From Candidatus Nealsonbacteria bacterium (GTDB lineage Bacteria > Patescibacteriota > Minisyncoccia > Minisyncoccales > JANBVM01), in NCBI GenBank assembly GCA_026016225.1, contig CP061210.1, positions 593,131 through 657,130 on the forward strand: DNA of 64,000 bases. Direction: 5' to 3'. Position 1 is the stretch's first letter. The number at the start of each line of letters is the position of its first letter. Under the pieces are notes generated by a model. The model searched no databases. It saw only the letters and a list, made by a program, of their open reading frames with translations, and was not told the origin of the DNA. Both the position numbers and the translations under genes were made by a program. Below, one piece after another: positions 49,180-56,433 of the stretch.

Positions 49180-50037
49180 ATGAGTAAAGTTATTGTTAAG
49201 TGCTCTTATTGTAAAACGGAATTCCAGCGAGAATTGGGAAGATACAACGAAGCAATAAAGAAAAGTTGGAATCAGTATTGCTCTCAAGAATGTCAAAATA
49301 AGTCTAAGATTAAAAGAGTAGAAAAAATTTGCGGTAATCCAAAATGTAACAAGAGGGTGTCTCGTAAATTCCACGAATTTAAAAAATCAAAATCAGGCAG
49401 CATCTTTTGTTCTCTTTCTTGTGCCGTGTCGGTCAACAATTCTAAATTTCCAAAAAGACAGGCAATAAAAAGAAAATGTCTCTATTGTGAAAAAGATTTT
49501 GTCGGCGGAAAGAAATATTGCTCGATAAAATGCAAAAATAAAGCCCAAATTATAAGCAAAGAAGAAATCTGTGATAAAATTAAAGGGTTCTATAAAAAAT
49601 ATAGAAGGATTCCTGTCAAAAAAGAGTTCTCTCATTATAATGCTGCTCGAGATCGGTTCGGTTCTTGGAATAAAGCAATAGAATCAGCAGGCTTCGTACC
49701 TAATCCAGTAGTATTTGCAAGAAAGCACAAAGCAGAAGATGGACATGTGTGCGATTCTCTATCGGAAAAAATTGTTGATGATTGGCTTTCTAAAAACAAC
49801 TTAAAGCACAAAATTAATGTTGCCTATCCAGGGAATCCCCGTCTAACATGTGATTTTTTAGTAGGTAACTATTTTATAGAATTTTTCGGAATTGGAAAAG
49901 AACACGTACGATACACAGAACTAATGAAAGAAAAAAGGCGATTGGCTCAACAGTATAACCTTAATATGGTAGAACTAAAGCCTGAACACATTTTTCCTAA
50001 AAATAAGTTAGACGCTGTATTAAATTTTCTTCTATAA
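49180..50037 (+). CDS. putative free-standing endonuclease: Cys-rich Zn repeats, homing-endonuclease-associated repeat, C-terminal PD-(D/E)XK-like domain
   Basis: Three CxxC...[YF]CSxxC units, RFGSWNKAIESAG, DSLSEKIVDDWL...CDF...IEFFG. Confidence 0.7.
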   Translation: MSKVIVKCSYCKTEFQRELGRYNEAIKKSWNQYCSQECQNKSKIKRVEKICGNPKCNKRVSRKFHEFKKSKSGSIFCSLSCAVSVNNSKFPKRQAIKRKCLYCEKDFVGGKKYCSIKCKNKAQIISKEEICDKIKGFYKKYRRIPVKKEFSHYNAARDRFGSWNKAIESAGFVPNPVVFARKHKAEDGHVCDSLSEKIVDDWLSKNNLKHKINVAYPGNPRLTCDFLVGNYFIEFFGIGKEHVRYTELMKEKRRLAQQYNLNMVELKPEHIFPKNKLDAVLNFLL

Positions 50038-50260
50038 AAACAACTAAGATTAATTACAGAGATAGAAATTCTCGGGTATTCTAAACTTAGCGCGAACCTA
50101 TTTTCAGCGAAACGCCTAACCGCCGTTTCGCTTTGCCCGCGCGAAGCGCGGGCAAGGAAAAGAAAGTTTTTCAAAAATCTTTATTGGACGCCGTAAAAAT
50201 CGGTGTTTTTTTGTTGTTTTTGTAAAAGGAGCATTTTTACGAAAAACCGGTCTTTTGCTC

Positions 50261-50289
50261 TTGACAAAATTAAAGTATGGGTGTATAGT
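50261..50289 (+). promoter_or_regulatory. sigma70 promoter of ORFan 50394-50903
   Basis: TTGACA-17nt-TATAGT. Confidence 0.7.
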
Positions 50290-50393
50290 AGAGGTGTAAG
50301 AATAAGATAGTTCTTTGAAAAAATATGGGGAAGGGAATTTGCATCACCCGAATTGTTCATCAAATTCTGGTGGCCAGCTCGGGTGATGTAAAA

Positions 50394-50903
50394 ATGAAAA
50401 TAATAGATAATAGCAAAGCAATAATATTGGGGGAGAAGGTAAGGTTTAAGAAAAACGCAACATTAATTGATGAAAAAATAAAGGTTAACCGGGATTATAT
50501 AGTAAAACAAGTGGAAACACAAACACTTAACTTTAGAAAACGAGGAATTAGAAAGATTAATCAAATTATAGAACTACAAGAGCTACCAGGGCGCTGGTTT
50601 TCAGTAGATTGGCTTGATTTAGTCGAGTCAGAGGAAATCCCAATTCGTGGAATAAACCTAGTTTCATTCGAAGAATATAAGAAGCTTGGAGGAAAGTTGG
50701 CTAGGGAGGAACACAAACGGCTTAAGCGAATAAGCTCTCCACAAGAGGAATATCGAGAAGCATTCAGAGTGGCTGGTGATGTAGGGTGTGGATATCCTCC
50801 TCATCCAGAAATGGAGTTACTTGCAAGAGTATGCATGTTGAAGTCTAACCTTTCATCGTTAGATAAAATGTGCGAAATGCTCCTTCTGCAAGGTAAAAAA
50901 TAA
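50394..50903 (+). CDS. hypothetical protein (ORFan cassette)
   Basis: Open frame 50325-50903; ATG 50394 preceded by GGGTGA. Confidence 0.6.
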   Translation: MKIIDNSKAIILGEKVRFKKNATLIDEKIKVNRDYIVKQVETQTLNFRKRGIRKINQIIELQELPGRWFSVDWLDLVESEEIPIRGINLVSFEEYKKLGGKLAREEHKRLKRISSPQEEYREAFRVAGDVGCGYPPHPEMELLARVCMLKSNLSSLDKMCEMLLLQGKK

Positions 50904-51047
50904 TCCTCTCCCTTTCCCCCTCTCTTTTCGAGCCCATAAAGAATTGTGGGTTGGAAAAAGAAGTTAATTATCTAACAAAATTTATTATAGAAAGAGAGAA
51001 AATCAATGCTCGCTTTTTTTTATTTATTGAAAACACACCCTAAAACC

Positions 51048-51207
51048 AAAAAACACCGCAATGCGGCGTTTTTTAGAGCCCTGCTTTACTCTGGAAAAGC
51101 TAATCTGGAAAAATCCAAGTGGGTGTCTAAGATGTGTCCCACGGGACACATTCATTTCGAACTCCCTCTAAAAGCTTATACCAGATTTAACCAGAAAAAG
51201 CAGGGCT
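51048..51207 (-). ncRNA. stand-alone structured ncRNA, 6S RNA-like (rod 51077-51207 plus terminator)
   Basis: End-to-end hairpin with central bubble; dedicated promoter and intrinsic terminator. Confidence 0.7.
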
Positions 51208-51212
51208 ATTTT

Positions 51213-51241
51213 ATTTTATGCTTCCTGCACCCCTTTGTCAA
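51213..51241 (-). promoter_or_regulatory. promoter of the ncRNA
   Basis: TTGACA-17nt-TAAAAT; predicted +1 at ~51207. Confidence 0.8.
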
Positions 51242-51267
51242 CTTTCCTAACTTTTTAGCTTCTTAAC

Positions 51268-52332
51268 TTAAATATTGAAAACATCAACCAATTGTTTTAT
51301 CAAAGAAACAACTACCGGTGGAGGTAATAAACTATAAGAAGAGACACCTTCATCATCTGTCACTACCCATGGTTTCTCTTTTATTTTTACTTTTTTTATC
51401 TTTTTATCCCATTCAAAAATATATTCTGGGGTTATTTCATAATCATCAACAAAATTTGCAGCTTCCTTAACAGGTACCGAATTTCTCAATAAAACCTTTG
51501 GAATTCCATAGAGAGAAAAAGATTGTCTAATTAATTTATCATCCATAATTAATCTTTTTTTTATAGGTGCAATCCCCAACTCGTCTCCTTCTTTTAAAAT
51601 CATTTTAGCTTTTTTACACCTGGGATTGTCGCAAATTAAATAAAATTCATTGCTTTTTTCATCAAATCCAGCTTCTGAGGTTGGAAGTAGCTTTAAGTTT
51701 CTCGAAGTCTGGCAAACCGGACAAATCCTTCTCCATCTAATTCTTTCATCAATTACTTTTTCAGGAACATCAATTAAAATAAAAACGTCCGGGTCATCTC
51801 GATGACCAACCAAGTCTCTGAAAAACAAAGAAAAATCTATCTGGTCTAAATCCCTTGGAAAACCATCCACAAAAAGAGTTTTCTTTTCCATTCTTTCCAT
51901 CTCTCTTTTAACCAAAGTTAAAATCAATTCTGTAGGTAAAAGAACTTTTGTGCTCCTGTTTTCTAAAAGGGATATTATTTCTTTAATTGAAATCCTGCCC
52001 CGATAATTTCTTTTTAAAAAATCAAAGAATCCTTCTCTCTTTTTTTTATCTGTTAATTCTCCGTCTATTTTTCTAATCATATCTCCAATGGAAAAGTGCT
52101 CTATCTTTTCAGGCCCAATAATTTCTGCAAACATCTTTGAATAAGTTCCCTTACCTGAGTTTTTCTTACCTAACAAATAAGCAACAAAAGTATTTTCTTT
52201 CAAATACTCTTTTAATTTTTCTATCTCTTTTCCTGCTTTGGCTTTAAAATATTTTTTTCTCTCCCTGAGGTTTATTAAATTAAATTTTTTTTCAAAGCCT
52301 TTAATTTTTGTTTTAAAAAGAGGAAATTCCAT
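51268..52332 (-). CDS. large adenylate-kinase-like nucleoside monophosphate kinase
   Basis: GKKNSGKGT, SIGDMIR, DGFPR, RRICPVC...CDNPRC. Confidence 0.8.
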   Translation of the reverse strand: MEFPLFKTKIKGFEKKFNLINLRERKKYFKAKAGKEIEKLKEYLKENTFVAYLLGKKNSGKGTYSKMFAEIIGPEKIEHFSIGDMIRKIDGELTDKKKREGFFDFLKRNYRGRISIKEIISLLENRSTKVLLPTELILTLVKREMERMEKKTLFVDGFPRDLDQIDFSLFFRDLVGHRDDPDVFILIDVPEKVIDERIRWRRICPVCQTSRNLKLLPTSEAGFDEKSNEFYLICDNPRCKKAKMILKEGDELGIAPIKKRLIMDDKLIRQSFSLYGIPKVLLRNSVPVKEAANFVDDYEITPEYIFEWDKKIKKVKIKEKPWVVTDDEGVSSYSLLPPPVVVSLIKQLVDVFNI

Positions 52333-53203
52333 AGTATTTAGGGTTTAGGATTTTTAAATTTTCTCCATCAGAGAAAATCTTTATATCTCCGTCTCTGTCG
52401 GTTCTTAAAACTTTTATATCATATTTATCTAAAATATCCAAAACTTCTGGATGGGGGTGCCCATAACTGTTTTCTTTACCAACAGAAATTACAGCTATTT
52501 CAGGATTCACTTCTTCCAAAAATTTTTCCGAAGTAGAAGTCTTACTTCCATGATGACCAACCTTTAAAATATCAGAATTAAGATATAATCCCCTATCCAC
52601 AAGTTTTTTCTCTATTGATTTGTAAAGGTCTCCGGTAAAGATAAAAGAATTATTATTAAAGACCAATCGAAGTGCAATTGAAGTATTGTTAGTATTCTTA
52701 ACTTCTTTACCTTCTAAATCCTCAAAAGGATGTAAGACATCAAAAAAGATTTTTGGAGTTAGTATCTTCTGACCTATTTTAGCTATCTTTGTTTTAACAT
52801 CTTCGTCCTCAATTAATTTTTTCCATTCTTTATACTCTCCAGTATCCTTTAACACACCACTCCATAAAATAAAATCTACTTTATATCTCTTTAAAACCTC
52901 AAGCAAACCTGCGATATGGTCATGCTCAGGATGAGTCAAAACAATCAAATCAATAGTTCTATCCCAAAAAGGCATTTCTTTACCTAATTTTTCCAAAACA
53001 GCGGAGGTCGGACCTCCGTCAATTAAAATTTGATAATTATTTGGGGTTTCAATAAAAATAGCATCACCTTGTCCTACATCAAAGAAACTAACCTCAAGAA
53101 ATTGAGGTTTGTTTAAATCATAAACTACAGACCAGGCAAAAATATTAACACAGAATAAAGTAACCAGAATCCAGAAAATAAGTTTTTTGTCTTTCTCTAT
53201 CAT
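52313..53203 (-). CDS. ComEC/Rec2 C-terminal-like metallo-beta-lactamase fold protein
   Basis: DVGQGDA, THPEHDH, TGD, KVGHHGS, YGHP, RTD..G. Confidence 0.92.
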   Translation of the reverse strand: MIEKDKKLIFWILVTLFCVNIFAWSVVYDLNKPQFLEVSFFDVGQGDAIFIETPNNYQILIDGGPTSAVLEKLGKEMPFWDRTIDLIVLTHPEHDHIAGLLEVLKRYKVDFILWSGVLKDTGEYKEWKKLIEDEDVKTKIAKIGQKILTPKIFFDVLHPFEDLEGKEVKNTNNTSIALRLVFNNNSFIFTGDLYKSIEKKLVDRGLYLNSDILKVGHHGSKTSTSEKFLEEVNPEIAVISVGKENSYGHPHPEVLDILDKYDIKVLRTDRDGDIKIFSDGENLKILNPKYYGISSF

Positions 53204-53315
53204 TTTTTACACTATAAACAATTTGATTATTTACTTCAACAATAATCTTTGACAAAAATATAAAGATATGTTAGAAATAGGTAGTTACATTATATATTAT
53301 TTTAAATAAGACAGA

Positions 53316-53672
53316 ATGGGTGAGGAAAGATTGGAATCGTTTAAAATAAAAGCAGAAGAGGATAAGGAAAATCCTCCAGAAATACCACCGTTGCCTAATA
53401 AGAAAGGAGATTTAATAAAGTTATCAAGGAAAAGATTTGAAGTTGTAGCAAGAGGTTTACCAGACCTAAACCTGACCTTTAAACCAGGAGCAATAAGCAC
53501 ATTCTTTGAAGGCGTAAGATGTCCTTTCTGTGCTACGAGGTTCATTAGAAAAGTAACATGTGGTCATTTAAACATTACGCGTGAACCTTTCTTGTGTCCT
53601 AATTGTGACTTTCCAACAAATGTTTATAAAGTTAGAGATGCTCTTTTAAAGAAAAGTAATCTGAATTTATAA
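53316..53672 (+). CDS. hypothetical Zn-ribbon protein (ORFan cassette)
   Basis: CPFC...CPNC; TTGACA promoter at 53249; terminator at ~53677-53704. Confidence 0.65.
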   Translation: MGEERLESFKIKAEEDKENPPEIPPLPNKKGDLIKLSRKRFEVVARGLPDLNLTFKPGAISTFFEGVRCPFCATRFIRKVTCGHLNITREPFLCPNCDFPTNVYKVRDALLKKSNLNL

Positions 53673-53702
53673 ACAATGAGGGTAATAACTTACTCTCTTT
53701 TT

Positions 53703-53746
53703 TTACACCCTCACTGCTATCCTGAAAGGAGCATAGTTGTCTAAAC
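53703..53746. repeat. 44-bp imperfect direct repeat, copy A
   Basis: 33/44 identical and ungapped versus 54972-55015 (manual alignment). Confidence 0.75.
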
Positions 53747-53857
53747 TTTGAATTAACTGTGCTCTGGCTGACCGAAAATTTTAGTTGTGTTTCCTTTGAC
53801 AGAAGTCTAATGATAGTCTATAAACAAGATAGAAAATTAAAAAAGGTGAAATATTCT

Positions 53858-54106
53858 TTGATAAGGGAAGAAAGAAATTATCTGGGGATATTGATATATA
53901 TATTTGGATTAATGTCATTGTGTTATGGGCTTGAAATCTACTCTGCGAACCTTTTCCTTACAATTGTACTAGGGATTTTAGGAATAGGTTTAATATTAAC
54001 CGGTTGTGCACTTAACAAAGAAAGGGACTTTATACTGGGATTTTTTTTAGTATGTGGCTTGATTATATCTGCCATGTATTCTTTACTCTTATTTAAGTTA
54101 CTATAA
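53858..54106 (+). CDS. small 3-TM membrane protein (ORFan cassette)
   Basis: Hydrophobic ORF; TTGACA-17-TATAAA at 53796-53824 places the start downstream (TTG 53858 after AAGGTG); terminator at 54143-54170. Confidence 0.6.
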   Translation: MIREERNYLGILIYIFGLMSLCYGLEIYSANLFLTIVLGILGIGLILTGCALNKERDFILGFFLVCGLIISAMYSLLLFKLL

Positions 54107-54234
54107 TGTGAAGTATTGCCGTAAAAAGTAGAATAAAGTCTTGCAGGCAAAGTATAAGCCTGCCTTTTTTATTCCTAAAGCCAAAAAACCAAAGCTTTTA
54201 AACTTTGGTTTCAATTTTAAAGGGAGCTTTATTT

Positions 54235-54465
54235 TTACTTTAAAACATTTAATATTTTTTCTTCGTCAAAATCTTTTGAAAGGAGAAACTTGCAGATACT
54301 ATCCGTTATTTCTCTTTTAATATCATTTTTTCTTGGAATAGTAGTTTTTTTGCCATTTTCTTTACATTCGGCTTTAGTGTGCTTACCTCCTTCTTGAATA
54401 TCAAGCCCTAATTGTCTTAAACCACTGAGCATTACCTTTCTCTTACAAGGAAAATAAAAATTCAT
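54235..54465 (-). CDS. HicA-like toxin
   Basis: 76 aa; LGL..EGGKH...TTIPR pattern of HicA; directly downstream of the HicB-like gene. Confidence 0.7.
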   Translation of the reverse strand: MNFYFPCKRKVMLSGLRQLGLDIQEGGKHTKAECKENGKKTTIPRKNDIKREITDSICKFLLSKDFDEEKILNVLK

Positions 54466-54473
54466 AAAATTGG

Positions 54474-54821
54474 CTAAGGGACACAAACGACTCCTCGAAA
54501 AAATGGAATTGGTCTTCGGAGAAATTCGGCTGGTATAGCCTTTTTCCAAGCTTGGACTAACTTTTTTCTTATTTCCTCAGAAGGAAAATATCGAGGCAAA
54601 TAAGGAATATATTTTTCAGGAATACCGAAATAAGTATAAATAGCGTCATTGACCATCACAAATAACTCTTCGGAGTTTTCCGCTTGCGTAAAACACCCCT
54701 CAAGATTTAATATTTTTACCCAATATCCTCCATCTTTAGATTCTTCAACCTGAACCCGAACAGAATCAGGAAGTTGTGCCTGATAGTTAATTAATTTATT
54801 AAATTCAACTTTTTCAAACAT
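54474..54821 (-). CDS. HicB-like antitoxin without an obvious DNA-binding domain
   Basis: DGGYWV..L.GCFTQAE..EEL..MV.DAI. Confidence 0.8.
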   Translation of the reverse strand: MFEKVEFNKLINYQAQLPDSVRVQVEESKDGGYWVKILNLEGCFTQAENSEELFVMVNDAIYTYFGIPEKYIPYLPRYFPSEEIRKKLVQAWKKAIPAEFLRRPIPFFRGVVCVP

Positions 54822-54971
54822 AGGAGAGATATTAATGATTAAAAATAGTAATAAAAACAAAAGCGACTTCTCTTACAAAAGATTTAATAGTCGCATAGTG
54901 TTTTGGCTACTACTCGCATAGTCGACTTCTACATCCTCATTATAGCATAAAAAATATTTGTCAAGAAGTAT

Positions 54972-55015
54972 TTAAACCCTCACCTCTATCTCAAACGGAA
55001 TATAGCTGTTTAAAC
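54972..55015. repeat. 44-bp imperfect direct repeat, copy B
   Basis: See copy A at 53703-53746. Confidence 0.75.
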
Positions 55016-55107
55016 CTTTTTTTTTATTATTGCCGCTTTTGACAAAGGCCTAACAATAATTTATAAATAAAATGGTATATTAAATTATAAATAAAAAAAT
55101 AAAGGAG

Positions 55108-55410
55108 GTGAGAAAGATGGAGAAGCTTGAATCTGTAGTTTCAACGATTATCGAACTTTTCATAAGATATTGTCCTTCGGTTAAGAAAATTGCAGGGGAT
55201 TTAATAACAGAAGAATTTAAAGTAATAGAGTTAGAAAACAAGGATGACACTCAGAAATTAGTAAAATATCTTTCCAAAAAGGGATGGAAGGGAGATTTCA
55301 CTTCAGTGGTAAATTGGAAAGAAATAAAAATAGTATGGAGGGTATATTTTAAAAGAAAAGTAGGAGTAACTAATGTACTATGTAATTATCTGAATTATAT
55401 AAAAAAATAA
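55108..55410 (+). CDS. hypothetical protein (ORFan cassette)
   Basis: TTGACA-17-TATAAA at 55039-55067; strong AAGGAGGT site (start may be ATG 55117); hairpin at ~55433-55461. Confidence 0.65.
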   Translation: MRKMEKLESVVSTIIELFIRYCPSVKKIAGDLITEEFKVIELENKDDTQKLVKYLSKKGWKGDFTSVVNWKEIKIVWRVYFKRKVGVTNVLCNYLNYIKK

Positions 55411-55494
55411 TAATGATGTAGTTTTTAAGAAAAAGGGTGCACAAGCACCTCTTCTCTTTTTCTAAACTTATATTTTTTTATTTTTTATAAGAAG

Positions 55495-55526
55495 AAAAAC
55501 GCCAGTTTTCAAAAGCTGGCGTTTTT
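55495..55526. terminator. intrinsic terminator after the DUF5679-like gene
   Basis: aaaacgccagtttt-c-aaaagctggcgtttt. Confidence 0.7.
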
Positions 55527-55551
55527 AGAAAACTTCCGGAAATTCTCTAAT

Positions 55552-55713
55552 CTATGCTTTTCCTAATATTCTAAACATTGTAGTTCCACATTTCGGACAT
55601 TTTCCTTTTGCAGCCCTTCTCTTAGTTCCACCCTTTCCCTTCATTGTCACTTCCTTCATATCTTCCATCGTCTGCTTTTTTTTACATTTTACGCAATATG
55701 CTATTGTTGCCAT
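55552..55713 (-). CDS. small Zn-ribbon protein, DUF5679-like (not in the ORF track)
   Basis: Manual translation MATIAYCVKCKKK...KGKCPKCGTTMFRILGKA (53 aa). Confidence 0.85.
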   Translation of the reverse strand: MATIAYCVKCKKKQTMEDMKEVTMKGKGGTKRRAAKGKCPKCGTTMFRILGKA

Positions 55714-55775
55714 AATAATTTTAATTTAGTTTCCAAACGCGACCTTTAATATTAGACTATTTTAATTAGTTTACC

Positions 55776-56324
55776 TTATTTTAAGGAAAAATGATAGTCA
55801 AGTACTTCTAATTTTACAGCAAGGATAGTTTTGACGTCAATTATTCTTTTATCTCTTATCATCTTTAAAACCTCTTTTAAATCAAAAATCTTTACATTAT
55901 TTATAATTTCATCATTATCAAGAGCTTGATTTCCTTTTTTTAATAAATCAGCTCTAAAAAGATACATATATTCTGTGGTATAACCTGGAGATACATAAAA
56001 TTCTCCAATCTTTTCTAATTTGCCTGTTTTAAATCCTGTTTCTTCTTCTAATTCTCTTTTAGCTCCCTCTTCAGGTTTCTCATCTTTATCTAACTTACCT
56101 GCTGGAACTTCCCACAGTTCTTTTTTAGCTGGAAATCGATATTGTTTAACTAAAATTACTTTATCTTTTTTAATTAAAGGTAAAACAGCAACAGTATTTG
56201 GGAAAATAACTACTTCTTTTCTCATTTCTTTTCCCTTGAATTTCCAGTCAATCCTATTCAAAGAAATTTCATTTCCTTTGTATAGTGATTTAGTCTTTGT
56301 AATTTTAATTTTTGATTTTTTCAT
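55776..56324 (-). CDS. NUDIX hydrolase (ADP-ribose pyrophosphatase-like)
   Basis: KQYRFP, PAGKLD..E...AKRELEEETG, SPGYTTE. Confidence 0.9.
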   Translation of the reverse strand: MKKSKIKITKTKSLYKGNEISLNRIDWKFKGKEMRKEVVIFPNTVAVLPLIKKDKVILVKQYRFPAKKELWEVPAGKLDKDEKPEEGAKRELEEETGFKTGKLEKIGEFYVSPGYTTEYMYLFRADLLKKGNQALDNDEIINNVKIFDLKEVLKMIRDKRIIDVKTILAVKLEVLDYHFSLK

Positions 56325-56433
56325 AAATCAAGTTTTTCTGATAATAACGAAAACAAAAATTTGTCAAAAAAAACTGCCCTTAATGGCTTTTAATTTTGGT
56401 TTCAGGGAAACTCAAAAACATACTAAAATTGAA

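Noticed and set aside
51006..51266. 86-aa plus-strand ORF
   Set aside because: Overlaps the ncRNA, its promoter and its terminator; no recognisable motifs
53703..55015. The two 44-bp repeats as type II CRISPR repeats or integron attC sites (minus strand begins GTTTA)
   Set aside because: Only two copies 1.27 kb apart at 75% identity, no attC-like long palindrome, and the substitution pattern looks protein-coding
55735..55750. AAAGGTCG motif upstream of the DUF5679-like gene as an alternative RBS or regulatory site
   Set aside because: Only one upstream copy seen in this window; cannot be supported without genome-wide counts
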